Program-made: the position numbers and the translations under genes
NCBI GenBank assembly: GCA_043806595.1
Contig: JAZDGU010000004.1
Location: 8,353-72,352 of the forward strand
Direction of reading: 5' to 3'
Source of the DNA: Candidatus Micrarchaeota archaeon
GTDB lineage: Archaea > Micrarchaeota > Micrarchaeia > Norongarragalinales > SBBD01
Length of the DNA stretch: 64,000 nucleotides
Part shown: piece after piece, positions 36,407 to 45,730 of the stretch
How positions within the stretch are numbered: position 1 is the first letter of the stretch
Layout: the number at the start of each line of letters is the position of its first letter
The notes under the pieces: generated by a model
Database searches by the model: none
Told to the model about the DNA's origin: nothing
The model's input: only the letters and a program-made list of their open reading frames with translations

Positions 36407-36887
36407 ACCTGCGCTTCATCCTGCGAAGGCCGGCAAGGATCTTCGCGTTGTGCGAGCCCCGCCAGTAGGCCTTGCCGCACGAGCCGCAGACGAGGAATTC
36501 CGCCGCATGAAGCCAGGACTTCCTCGGCACTTTGCCTTCCAACGATTTTTTCGGCGTTTTCTTCAGGCGGCCGCTGCACTCGGGACAGACAGACGTGCTC
36601 GGCACCGAATCCTCCCGGATTGCGGAAAGGTCGAGGCCGGCGGCCCTGCAGAACTCCAGCACCTGGCCGTCGAGGTCCGAGGAACGCAGGAGCAGGCAGC
36701 GGCAGTAGCTCGATGATTTTACAGAGAGAGCGACGTCGCGGGTCACGAGGACAGCCCTCTCCCCGATGCACTGGCGGATTATGTCGTCGTCGGATTGCGA
36801 GCGCGGGGGCGAGACACGAACGCCGAGCATGCGCAGCCAGCGCGCGAGCCTCGCGAGCATCACGTCGGCGACGAAATTCATGCGCAT
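36375..36887 (-). CDS. Mut7-C RNase domain (DUF82) protein with C-terminal zinc ribbon
   Basis: 170 aa. N-terminus MRMNFVADVMLARLARWLRMLGV matches the Mut7-C/DUF82 start. C-terminal CPECS ... CGSCG. 32-nt convergent overlap with the LamG gene. Confidence 0.65.
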   Translation of the reverse strand: MRMNFVADVMLARLARWLRMLGVRVSPPRSQSDDDIIRQCIGERAVLVTRDVALSVKSSSYCRCLLLRSSDLDGQVLEFCRAAGLDLSAIREDSVPSTSVCPECSGRLKKTPKKSLEGKVPRKSWLHAAEFLVCGSCGKAYWRGSHNAKILAGLRRMKRRFRRAGTLSPA

Positions 36888-36951
36888 GAATGGCTCTCCG
36901 CGGGGAGCGGTTATAAAGGCTTATATACGCCGCGAGGGAAAGGCAGTCATG

Positions 36952-39051
36952 CCGCCCAAGCAGAGGAAGGCGAAGGAGGAGAAGTTCGAGTCGCTCTACA
37001 CGCAGAAGTCGCAGGAATACGTCGAGGAGGAGAAGGAGCAGAGGAGGGAAAGCTTCTTCGTCGGGCTGACGCGGTTCATGTACTCCCGCAACAGGTCCGG
37101 CGGCGCGGGCGCTAAGTTCTCGCCGGAGCAGAAGGCGCTATTCGACTTCCTCAACTGGAACATCCCCGCGGAGGAGTACTACGCTACGGCGAAGGCGCTG
37201 CTGACCTACGGGCTGGGCGTCGGCGTGGTGTTCGGCGCGGCGTTCTATTTCTACCTCGGGCCGGAGCTCACGACGGACACGATGATGATATACCTCGGAA
37301 GCCTACTGTGTCTGCTCCTGCCGGTGACGCCGAGCATTTTCTACCAGTATTATCCGGGGATGGCGGCGGAGCGCGAGAGGATGCTTTCGCTCGCGTACAT
37401 CCCGGAGATCGTAAACTACCTCGTGATGAGCCTGAGGCTCAACCCCAACCTCGAGAAGGCCGTCGAGTTCGCGGCGAACCACGGCCGGGGGAAGATAGCG
37501 GACGAGCTCAAGGAGCTCGTATGGGAGGTGCAGATAGGGACGTTCCTCAGCGTGGAGGAGGGCCTGGACGCGATGGCTTACCGATGGGGGGGCTACAGCG
37601 ACGACTTCAAGCACGCGCTCATGATCATCCGCTCGTCCTCGCTGGAGACGGACCACGTGCGAAGGGTAGAGCTGCTGGAGAAGGCCTCGTTGGACGTGCT
37701 CGAGGGCAGCAAGGAGAAGATGGACATCTACGCGCGCAACTTGCACCAGCCGACGGTGTTCCTCTACTACTTCGGGATACTCCTGCCGCTCATGCTCGCC
37801 ATTATCCTGCCCATCGGGTCGGCGTTCGTGAAAGGCCTGCCGATCGCGCAGGCGGGGTTCATATTCCTCATATACTGCGTACTCCTGCCCGCGGGCATCT
37901 ACATCTACGGGAACAGCATCCTCGGGGGCAGGCCGCCGACTTACATCCCGCCGCAAATCACCGACCGCTACCCCGGGCTGCCGAGAAGGGGCAACATGCG
38001 GTTCCTCGGCATGGAGTTCTCGTACACCCTCGCGGCCGTGGTCGTCTTCGCCGCGGTGCTGCTCGCGGGCAACTTCGCGGACAACCTCACGCTCCAGCAG
38101 ATTCCGACGTACCTGCAGGACGAGTACCTCGCCTCGACGCCGCACGTGGAGCTGCTCGGGCTCAAGCTGTACGTGTTCTCGATACTCGCGGTGGTGCTTG
38201 CGGTAAGCTTCGCCTTCTCGGTCTACCTCTGGGGGAAGTTCGGCGAGCGGAAGAAGGTGCAGGACGAGATACGCGAGATGGAGAGGGAGTTCAAGGACGC
38301 GACGTACGTGCTCGCGTCGAGGCTGGGGGAGAACAAGCCTATGGAGGACGCGCTCGCCTACGCCATCGACTTCCTCCCGAAGAGCAAGGTCGGGGAGAAG
38401 TTCTTCAGGCGCGTGCTTGAGAACGTCACTTTGCTCGGCATGACGCTGGAAGCGGCCGCGTTCGACAGGACGTACGGCGCGCTGCGCTACATCCCCTCGC
38501 AGATCATCCGCAGCGGCACGAGGCTCATGGTGGACAGCGTGGAGCTCGGGGTCAACGTAGCCGCCAAGTCGCTCATGAGCCTCAGCTTCCAGATGAGGAA
38601 CGCCCAGAAGATAGACGAGACGCTGCGCAGGCTGCTCGCGGACATCACGACGCTGCTGAGCACCATGTCCACGTTCGTCGTGCCGGTAGTCATCGCCGTA
38701 GTCAGCTCGCTTCAGACCATCATCATAAACTCGTTCGCGGGCATGAGCCTCGGGGATTCTCTGGGGAACACCAACGTCCAGCTCGGCGGCCTGAGTTTCA
38801 AGGGCTTCTCGTCGCTGCTGGACACCTCCGGCATAAGGGAGACCACGGCGTCGCCCGGGGAGTTCCTCCTGATAATGGGGCTGTACGTGGTCGAGGTCGT
38901 CATACTGCTGACGTACTTCAACTCGCAGGTCGAGGACAGCAACAACAAGCTGCACACCTACACGAGCATCGCCAAGACGCTGCCCATCGCGGCGATAATC
39001 TTCGCCGTCACGGCGTTCCTCGCGAGCAGCACCCTCTCCGGATTCGGATGA
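36952..39051 (+). CDS. FlaJ/TadC-like polytopic membrane protein with two T2SS-F (GspF) domains
   Basis: 699 aa from the ATG preceded by GAGGGAAAGG. Two cytoplasmic GspF-like modules each followed by TM triplets. The ORF track starts at 36766. Confidence 0.7.
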   Translation, partial: PPKQRKAKEEKFESLYTQKSQEYVEEEKEQRRESFFVGLTRFMYSRNRSGGAGAKFSPEQKALFDFLNWNIPAEEYYATAKALLTYGLGVGVVFGAAFYFYLGPELTTDTMMIYLGSLLCLLLPVTPSIFYQYYPGMAAERERMLSLAYIPEIVNYLVMSLRLNPNLEKAVEFAANHGRGKIADELKELVWEVQIGTFLSVEEGLDAMAYRWGGYSDDFKHALMIIRSSSLETDHVRRVELLEKASLDVLEGSKEKMDIYARNLHQPTVFLYYFGILLPLMLAIILPIGSAFVKGLPIAQAGFIFLIYCVLLPAGIYIYGNSILGGRPPTYIPPQITDRYPGLPRRGNMRFLGMEFSYTLAAVVVFAAVLLAGNFADNLTLQQIPTYLQDEYLASTPHVELLGLKLYVFSILAVVLAVSFAFSVYLWGKFGERKKVQDEIREMEREFKDATYVLASRLGENKPMEDALAYAIDFLPKSKVGEKFFRRVLENVTLLGMTLEAAAFDRTYGALRYIPSQIIRSGTRLMVDSVELGVNVAAKSLMSLSFQMRNAQKIDETLRRLLADITTLLSTMSTFVVPVVIAVVSSLQTIIINSFAGMSLGDSLGNTNVQLGGLSFKGFSSLLDTSGIRETTASPGEFLLIMGLYVVEVVILLTYFNSQVEDSNNKLHTYTSIAKTLPIAAIIFAVTAFLASSTLSGFG

Positions 39052-39095
39052 CATGGGATAAAACCGCGACCCGGGAATTTTTTATCGAGAGTATA

Positions 39096-39107
39096 TTCCT
39101 ATAGGAA
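39096..39107 (+). promoter_or_regulatory. perfect 12-bp palindrome TTCCTATAGGAA upstream of the MetE-like operon
   Basis: Read directly from the sequence. Sits in an AT-rich promoter about 50 nt upstream of the ATG at 39155. Confidence 0.3.
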
Positions 39108-39154
39108 TTATTGCGTCAGGAGGGAATTTATATCCCGGGCGGCGAAAAACGCGC

Positions 39155-40114
39155 ATGGACGGTTTTTCGGGGGCGATGGTCTGCGGAAGGCTGCCGCGGT
39201 CGGACTCTACTGCAGCAGTGCACCGGCTTGTCCGCGACGGGCACGCCGAAGCGGGCGAGTTCGGGAAGGCAGTGGGGGCCGACCGGGCAAGGCTGCTGGA
39301 GGCGCAAAAGGGGTTCGCGTTCGCCAGCGGCGGGCAGTCCGACTGGCTCGACCTCCTGCGGCCGATTGCGAAAACCTTCGGAGGCTTCGAGAGGAGGGAA
39401 ACCGCAGGCGAGGACTCGGTCGGCCCGGTGACGCGCTGGTTCCGCACGAACACGTTCTACCGCAAGCCCAACATCGTGTCGGAAATCTCGTGCGAAGGCG
39501 GGGAAATCGCCGACGCCCTGCCCGGACTGAAGGGAGGGATTCTGTCCCTCATCGGGCCGTACACTTTCGCGGCGCTCGTGCAGGACTCGCACTATTCCGA
39601 CCCGGCGGAGCTCGCCCTAGGGTACATGAATGCCGTCGCGAAGAGCCTGCCGGCCGTGCAGAGGAAGGGCTATAACTGCCTCGTGCTGCTCGAGCCGGGC
39701 GTCGGCTACGACCTCTCGAGGGAAGGGCTGCGCGAATCAGGATGGGCCGCGGAGTGCATTTCGCTAGCGAAGGCGGAAGGCTGGCAGCTCGGCGTGCACT
39801 TCCCCCTTGCGGACGCGCGCCACGCGATCGCGGTCGCAGAGGAATCCGAGGCCGACTTCCTCGGGATAGACTGCCTGCGCACGGAGCCGGAGGGGGTCTC
39901 CACTGGAAAGGGCCTGCTGCTCGGCGTGGCGGACGGCGCGAGGGCGGGAATCGAGGCGCTTGAAACCTCGGAAAAGATGGTGCGGGAGTTCGCCGGCGCG
40001 GAATTCTCCGGCAAATTCTACGTAGGGAGCAACGACAGGCTCTGGGACGTGCCGTTCGGCGTCGCCCTGGAAAAAATCATGCTGCTGTCGCAACTCAGCG
40101 GTCGATTGGGATGA
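39155..40114 (+). CDS. MetE N-terminal-domain-like protein (cobalamin-independent methionine synthase family, non-catalytic barrel)
   Basis: 319 aa. UroD/MetE-like barrel (GPVTRWFRTNTFYRKP). 4-nt overlap with the downstream catalytic-domain gene. Confidence 0.55.
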   Translation: MDGFSGAMVCGRLPRSDSTAAVHRLVRDGHAEAGEFGKAVGADRARLLEAQKGFAFASGGQSDWLDLLRPIAKTFGGFERRETAGEDSVGPVTRWFRTNTFYRKPNIVSEISCEGGEIADALPGLKGGILSLIGPYTFAALVQDSHYSDPAELALGYMNAVAKSLPAVQRKGYNCLVLLEPGVGYDLSREGLRESGWAAECISLAKAEGWQLGVHFPLADARHAIAVAEESEADFLGIDCLRTEPEGVSTGKGLLLGVADGARAGIEALETSEKMVREFAGAEFSGKFYVGSNDRLWDVPFGVALEKIMLLSQLSGRLG

Positions 40115-41295
40115 ACAAACCGTTTGTCACGCAGGAAATCGGGAGCATCCAGCGGCCCATCTGGAGGCAGAAGCTCTCCGCCCCAGCAGACAAGGCGTGG
40201 ATTGCGGACGCGCTGGCGTGGGGCGAAAGGCTGGGGGTCGGGGAGAGGAAGGAGCTCGCGGACGGCAGGGGCGGCGGGCTGCTCGAGAAGGACGGAGCCC
40301 TCAGGACGGAAGAGGAAAGGGCGCGCATCGTGGAAATCGCGTCGATCTACGTCATCCGGATGTTCGAGGGCGTCGGGCTCGACCGGGTATTCAACGGCGA
40401 GCAGCCGCGGACCGAGATGTACGACTTCCTCGCGAGGAACACCGAGGGCATCGAGCCCGCGGGCGTGCTGAACTCGTTCGACGCCAACTACTTCCGCAAG
40501 GGCATCGTGGCCTCGCCGGTCAAGGTGAAGGAAGAGGGGGCGCGCTTCTTCGAGGAGGAATTCGATTTCGTCCGCCGGCACACCGACCGGGAGGTGAAGC
40601 CGTGCCTCACCGGGCCGTACACGATGGCCGACTGGTCGTACATAGAGCACCACCGCGCCGTCCGCGAACGTGCAGGAGAAGCGCCGCTGCAGGCGCTGCA
40701 GGGCGGAAGGCGGGACGCCATCATGGACTTCGCGGAACACGTGCTGAACCCCGTGGTGCGCAGGCTCGCGGACGCCGGGGCGAAGGTGATCCAGGTGGAC
40801 GAGCCGGCTGCCGCGACCAACGAGATGGAATCCGGCGTGTTCACCGCGGCCATCAACGCATCGTTTGAGGGCGTGCCGGCCGGCGTCGAGAAGGCGGTCC
40901 ATTTGTGCTACAGCAGCTACCCTGCGCTCTTCCCCGCGCTCGCGGAATGCGTCGCGGACTCGTACCTCATCGAATTCACCAACCACGCCTCGCCGACGCA
41001 CTTCCGTCCGGACGAGGTGAGTCCCGAGGCCTTCAAGGCGATTGGGCTGTTCAAGGAATACGGCATGGAAGTCAACGTCGGCGTCGGCGTCATCGACATA
41101 CACTCGGACGTCGTCGAGACCCCCGAGGTCGTCCGGGACAGGCTGCTGCACGCGGCGAGGCTGGTCGGAGACGCGGGGCGCGTGCAGGCCAACCCCGACT
41201 GCGGGCTGAGGACGCGACGGTGGGAGGTCGCCTACGCCAAGCTGAAAAGCATGGCGGAGGGCGCAGTGCTCGCAAGGAAGGAGGCGGGTGGTTGA
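40111..41295 (+). CDS. metE: cobalamin-independent methionine synthase catalytic domain (MetE C-terminal-like)
   Basis: 394 aa with IQVDEPA, HLCYSSY (zinc His/Cys) and NPDCGLRTR ... E, matching MetE catalytic motifs. Confidence 0.8.
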   Translation: MNKPFVTQEIGSIQRPIWRQKLSAPADKAWIADALAWGERLGVGERKELADGRGGGLLEKDGALRTEEERARIVEIASIYVIRMFEGVGLDRVFNGEQPRTEMYDFLARNTEGIEPAGVLNSFDANYFRKGIVASPVKVKEEGARFFEEEFDFVRRHTDREVKPCLTGPYTMADWSYIEHHRAVRERAGEAPLQALQGGRRDAIMDFAEHVLNPVVRRLADAGAKVIQVDEPAAATNEMESGVFTAAINASFEGVPAGVEKAVHLCYSSYPALFPALAECVADSYLIEFTNHASPTHFRPDEVSPEAFKAIGLFKEYGMEVNVGVGVIDIHSDVVETPEVVRDRLLHAARLVGDAGRVQANPDCGLRTRRWEVAYAKLKSMAEGAVLARKEAGG

Positions 41296-42223
41296 ATTGC
41301 TTCCCGGCCCGGTGATGTTCGAGGTCTCGCCGCCGTCCAAGAGGTCCTCCGCTGATGCCGTCGGCAAAGCGGTGGCCAAGATCGCGGACGCGGTCAAACG
41401 CACGCGCTGCATAGACGCGTTGAACGTGCCCGAGATCATCGCCGAAAACCGCGACGGCGAGCCCCTGTACCGCAACATGGACGTGCTCGAGTTCGCCTCG
41501 CTGGTCTACAAGGCGACGGGCAAGCCCGTCGCGGTCAACAAGGTCGTGGCGTTCTTCAGCTCCGCCGAGGAATTCGACTCATGGCTCGGCAGGGCCTCGG
41601 CACAGGGAGGAATCTGCGCGGCGGTCCTCGTGGGCGGAAGCAGCGACGCGGTCAGGTACCTGGGGCCGCCGGTGATAGAGGCCGACCGCAGGGCGACCGC
41701 GTTCGCCGGCACCGGCGTTGGCAACATCTCCATCCCCGAAAGGCAGGGGGAGGCGGCGCGCGTCCTCGCGAAAACCGCGGCCGGCTGCTCGTTCTTCACG
41801 ACGCAGGTAATCATGGAGCCGGAGAGCACGCTCGCACTGCTCAAAGAATATTCCGGAAAATGCGGGGAAACCGGGATTGCGCCGGCGACGTTCTACCTGA
41901 GCCTCGCGCCAGTGGGGGACGCGCACGACCTCGAGTTCCTCAAGTGGCTGGGGGCGAAGGTGCCTCAGGAAGTCGAGAGCAGGCTCGCCGGCAGCTCGGA
42001 CATGGCCTCCGAGTCCGTGGAAATCGCCTTGCAGACGTTCAATGCGATACTCGATTCCGCGGAAAGCCGCGCGCCCGACGTGCCGCTCGCGCTCAACGTC
42101 GAACCGATATCTATGCACAACCTCGAGCCGGCGGAAAGGCTGCTGCTCCGGCTGGAGAAGAGGACCCGCACGGCGCCCAAATGGATTGCCGCGCACGGCG
42201 AGGCGGCGGTCTCGAGCCGCTGA
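41288..42223 (+). CDS. metF: methylenetetrahydrofolate reductase-like protein
   Basis: 311 aa. N-terminal FEVSPP matches MTHFR FEFFPP. TIM-barrel-like pattern. Context with metE. Confidence 0.65.
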   Translation: MVELLPGPVMFEVSPPSKRSSADAVGKAVAKIADAVKRTRCIDALNVPEIIAENRDGEPLYRNMDVLEFASLVYKATGKPVAVNKVVAFFSSAEEFDSWLGRASAQGGICAAVLVGGSSDAVRYLGPPVIEADRRATAFAGTGVGNISIPERQGEAARVLAKTAAGCSFFTTQVIMEPESTLALLKEYSGKCGETGIAPATFYLSLAPVGDAHDLEFLKWLGAKVPQEVESRLAGSSDMASESVEIALQTFNAILDSAESRAPDVPLALNVEPISMHNLEPAERLLLRLEKRTRTAPKWIAAHGEAAVSSR

Positions 42224-42224
42224 C

Positions 42225-42392
42225 TCAAGCTATAGGAGAGAGCGCGACTGCGAGCACGTCCGAGAACGAGACGCTCTCGGAGCCGTGGAACAGCACCAGG
42301 TGGTCCCATATTTGGGGCACGACAGCTTCTTTGCCGCCGCTGACGCGCACCTCGCAACCCGAAGGGCACGCATAGCAGGCGTCCTTTTTCAT
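42225..42392 (-). CDS. small Cys-containing protein (55 aa)
   Basis: Start at the internal ATG preceded by AGGGGTG: MKKDACYACPSGCEVRVSGG ... . The ORF track starts at 42503. Confidence 0.35.
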   Translation of the reverse strand: MKKDACYACPSGCEVRVSGGKEAVVPQIWDHLVLFHGSESVSFSDVLAVALSPIA

Positions 42393-42483
42393 GCCAACAC
42401 CCCTTAGAAAAAATACGAATGGTATGAAATACATACCAGATATAATTGGGAGGTTTAACCCTAAAAGATGCCGTTCTGCCGCG

Positions 42484-43005
42484 TCAATACCTTCCGCCGG
42501 CATACCTCGGGGGCGTGGCCTGCGGCGCGCCTGGCGAGGCCGAGGCCGCGAGGTAGCCGTAGAGCAGGCCCACCAACAGCGGCACCGCCTGGAATTCCTG
42601 AACCACGAGGAAGTTGAACGCGAGCACCGCCACGGCGCCCAGGAACGCGGGCACCGGGAAGAAGTTGAAGACGATGACGAGCGCGTACGGGTCCGCTGCG
42701 ACGACTGCGCCGAGCAGGCCGCCCATGCCGGCTACCGCGGGCGAAACCGAGACGCCTAGGGCCGGCAGCGCGAGGGGGACCGCAGAGGCGAGCACCCACA
42801 CGAGGGCTAGGTTCCACGGCCCGAGCCTCTTCTCGACGACCCCGCCGATAAAGAATATGCCGAGCGCGCACCCGAAGAGCAGGAAGGGGTGCCGGATTGC
42901 GAAGAATGAGGTGACGTAGGCGAGCGGCGGCTCGGCGACGAAGGGGAACAGCCACGAGGCTACCGAAACCGTGACCACGAGGGCGAAGAGCAGCTTGTGG
43001 AGCAT
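42484..43005 (-). CDS. membrane protein
   Basis: About 173 aa from MLHKLLFAL, 5-6 TM helices. No catalytic motif recognised. Confidence 0.45.
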   Translation of the reverse strand: MLHKLLFALVVTVSVASWLFPFVAEPPLAYVTSFFAIRHPFLLFGCALGIFFIGGVVEKRLGPWNLALVWVLASAVPLALPALGVSVSPAVAGMGGLLGAVVAADPYALVIVFNFFPVPAFLGAVAVLAFNFLVVQEFQAVPLLVGLLYGYLAASASPGAPQATPPRYAGGRY

Positions 43006-43125
43006 AACGCGACTACACACAATCCAGCGCACGCCCCCCTTTTAAACGGCATATTTTGTCGGGCGGGCTCCGCAGGCTAAACGGGCAACCGCTGCCCCGA
43101 GTATGAAAACTGCCCCATTGCGGTC

Positions 43126-43377
43126 CTACTTCGGCGGCGCGGCCTCCGGCGGTAGCTGGCCCACGGGGATTTCCACGAAGCGCACGTTGTCGTCGTCCGC
43201 GGTGTAGATTATGCGGATTACCCCGCTGACGAGCTGCCTGTCATTGAGCTTGTCGAAGAACATGAGCGACGTGTCCTCCTTGACGCCGACGGCGCCCTCG
43301 AACACCGCGTCTATCGGCGAGAAGCCGGCCTTCTTGAGGGACTCTATCATCTTGAGCACTTCGTCCTTGACCTTCAT
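43126..43377 (-). CDS. hypothetical protein (83 aa)
   Basis: Start at the internal ATG (MKVKDEVLKMIESLKK ...). Soluble and charged. No domain recognised. Confidence 0.4.
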   Translation of the reverse strand: MKVKDEVLKMIESLKKAGFSPIDAVFEGAVGVKEDTSLMFFDKLNDRQLVSGVIRIIYTADDDNVRFVEIPVGQLPPEAAPPK

Positions 43378-43512
43378 GCGAACCACCCCTGCAGAAACAC
43401 AAATTGCACGCATTACTGGCAATAGGTTTAAATACATATGGCTATTATGACTGGCTTCGCGCAAAAAACCCACTTGCGCTAAAACCGATTCCGGCAGACA
43501 AGGTGAGTCCGC

Positions 43513-43668
43513 ATGACCGTGAAGGGAGACGAGCTCGTGTACAACTGCAGGAACTGCTACTGCACGTACGGCTACGGCATCAACCTCAAGCCCTCGGGCA
43601 ACGCCTACTCCTGCCCGCAGTGTAGCACGCGCTACATAGCGCAGCAGGGCTACATGGTCAGGGCGTGA
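43513..43668 (+). CDS. small zinc-ribbon protein (51 aa)
   Basis: Hand-translated: MTVKGDELVYNCRNCYCTYGYGINLKPSGNAYSCPQCSTRYIAQQGYMVRA. CxxC ... CxxC. AGGTGA SD. Confidence 0.4.
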   Translation: MTVKGDELVYNCRNCYCTYGYGINLKPSGNAYSCPQCSTRYIAQQGYMVRA

Positions 43669-43708
43669 GACGTAACCGGATTTAAACCTGCCCGCTCATT
43701 CTGAACGC

Positions 43709-44467
43709 ATGAACAAGCTCCGCGAACCTGAATCGTCCAAGGAGCACATCGCCGACGCCATCTTCAACGCGTACAAACACCCGCTGGAGAACATCGAGGA
43801 AGTCGTCACGCGCCCGCCGAAGGCCTTTATCGACTATCTAGAGTTCGTGGCGACGATCGGGGCGCTTGCCGGCGCGATGGGCGTGCGCTGGCAGAAGCGG
43901 AAACCCGGCAGCCCGCTTGGAGGGAGGCGCAAATTCGACGTCGTAGGGGGCGCGCACGATACGGCGCGCGTGCCCACGGTCAACCTCGAAACCGTCCAAC
44001 CGGAGATAACCGAGTTCGCGGGCTGGCAGAACAGCTACCACGCGCGCAACAGCTTCTACCAGCACCTGCTGAAAATGCCGGTACGCGGAAAAAACTGGCA
44101 GACCCAAAGGCTGCGCGCCGGCGCCGCGTGGAACACGTTGCTCGGGCAAGTCGGACGCGCCAAGGCGTACACCCCGAAGGAAATCCGGGCCAACGACCTA
44201 GGGATTGCCGTGGAACGCATAGCACGGAAGTCTGCGCACTCCGCGGGGCGCGAGTATATCGCAGGGTTAAGGGAGGCCTTTGCGGAACTCATGCGCGCCA
44301 ACGCCGAAGGGCGGTTGCCGGAGGCGAATGAGGAATTCCAGAGGTATGCGGCGCGGACGGCGAGACTTGCAATCAAGAGGGGCCACGAGGAGGGCCTGCG
44401 GCTCCGGCAGGAAAAGCGCTTCAAGCCCCTGCTGGAGAACTTCAAGGGCGACCCCGCGCCGGCCTGA
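43709..44467 (+). CDS. hypothetical protein
   Basis: 252-aa ORF. No domain recognised. Confidence 0.45.
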   Translation: MNKLREPESSKEHIADAIFNAYKHPLENIEEVVTRPPKAFIDYLEFVATIGALAGAMGVRWQKRKPGSPLGGRRKFDVVGGAHDTARVPTVNLETVQPEITEFAGWQNSYHARNSFYQHLLKMPVRGKNWQTQRLRAGAAWNTLLGQVGRAKAYTPKEIRANDLGIAVERIARKSAHSAGREYIAGLREAFAELMRANAEGRLPEANEEFQRYAARTARLAIKRGHEEGLRLRQEKRFKPLLENFKGDPAPA

Positions 44468-44517
44468 CGGCTTGCATGGCAGAGAAGCGAATGCGGTTGG
44501 CGGAAAGACGAGCATGC

Positions 44518-44994
44518 CTAAAGCCGGAAACCTACGCCCCTGCGCTCAGCCTGGTAATTGTAGCCCATGCGGAACGCAAATTCCATTGCGCGGTTTAAAT
44601 CGGCTGGATTGCGGGCGCTGATTGACGGCGCCAGTTTCCGGGCCAGTGCATGGGCGCGCAGGCCGGAACGGCGGTCCTCCCCCTCGAACGGTTTTTGGGA
44701 GACACGCCGGTCTCCTTGGACCTTCACGCCGAAGGCATGCGCGCGCAAGAGGCAATCGAGGAGAAACGACTTCGGCGACTCGAGCGGCTTGATCTCGCGG
44801 ATATGCTCCTGCCACCTGCGGGCGATGGGCCGTGCGAACCTCGAAAAATTGCGTTCAGCCCGGGGAGAAAGCGGAATCAAATGCAGGTCGGAGAGTTTGA
44901 AGCCGTTCAACGCCAGATCGGAGACGAACGGGTCGCCCATAAGCTCAGGATCAGCCTTGCGGCTATCGCGCCAACTCCGAATTCTTTCTCCCAT
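44518..44994 (-). CDS. hypothetical protein
   Basis: 158-aa ORF convergent with the upstream gene. No domain recognised. Confidence 0.35.
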   Translation of the reverse strand: MGERIRSWRDSRKADPELMGDPFVSDLALNGFKLSDLHLIPLSPRAERNFSRFARPIARRWQEHIREIKPLESPKSFLLDCLLRAHAFGVKVQGDRRVSQKPFEGEDRRSGLRAHALARKLAPSISARNPADLNRAMEFAFRMGYNYQAERRGVGFRL

Positions 44995-45063
44995 GCCAAA
45001 TACCCGAATCCAGCAATAGAATGCTCTCCTTTTTTATTCCTTGCAAGGCATAGCAATACCACC

Positions 45064-45642
45064 ATGGACGACAAGGCCAAGATAGACGAGAAGAATTACA
45101 CCGAGGCGGAGCTCAACCAACTGTTCCGTGACGCGGGAAAGAGGGGCGCGGTGCTCGCGCTGCTCCATTTCGACGCCTACGGCAGGGACAAGGAGGTCAT
45201 CCGGCAGGCCATAGTCGAGATGGTTTCCAGCGTCACGCGCGAGCCCGGCGTAATCTATGCCAAGGGCGAGGTCGAGGAGGTCCGCGAGGGCAAGGACAAG
45301 GACGGCAACACGGAATTCTCGACGTACACGGAGGTCAAGGTGCTCTTCGCGAGCCTCAGCCGCGCGCTCTCGCTCTGCCTGAAATACGCGCCGGTAGCGG
45401 TAGAAATTCTGGAGCCGGCGGAGCTGAAGCTGAACGCCGAGGAAATCCAGAACATCATGCTGGACGCGAGCAGCATCAGCCAGCAGTACACGAATTTCTA
45501 CATGAAGAAGCTGTTGAGCAAGGAGGAGCTCGCAGACTTCCAGGACCACTTGAAGAAGCGCGCGGAGGAGGGCAGGAGGCTGCTGGAGAAGGCCGGGGAT
45601 CCCAAGAAGGAGGAAACCCTGAAGCCTGAAGAGAAGAAGTGA
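45064..45642 (+). CDS. hypothetical protein
   Basis: 192 aa from the internal ATG downstream of a TTTTTATTCC box. Charged and helical. Directly upstream of scpA. Confidence 0.45.
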   Translation: MDDKAKIDEKNYTEAELNQLFRDAGKRGAVLALLHFDAYGRDKEVIRQAIVEMVSSVTREPGVIYAKGEVEEVREGKDKDGNTEFSTYTEVKVLFASLSRALSLCLKYAPVAVEILEPAELKLNAEEIQNIMLDASSISQQYTNFYMKKLLSKEELADFQDHLKKRAEEGRRLLEKAGDPKKEETLKPEEKK

Positions 45643-45730
45643 ACCCCGGGGGGCGGACCCCCGGGCGAAAGATTTAAGAGCACGGGCACAGTATCTAGGA
45701 ATCCCGTAGGAACCCACCGGGACTGAGGCC

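Noticed and set aside
37303-39054. 583-aa minus-strand ORF
   Set aside because: Antisense to the FlaJ/TadC-like membrane protein gene. Arg/Glu-rich artefact.
40018-41478. 486-aa minus-strand ORF
   Set aside because: Antisense to the MetE catalytic-domain gene.
42484-43005. Rhomboid protease call for the membrane protein (GMGG motif)
   Set aside because: No catalytic His in the last TM and the GxSG context is not convincing. Left as a generic membrane protein.
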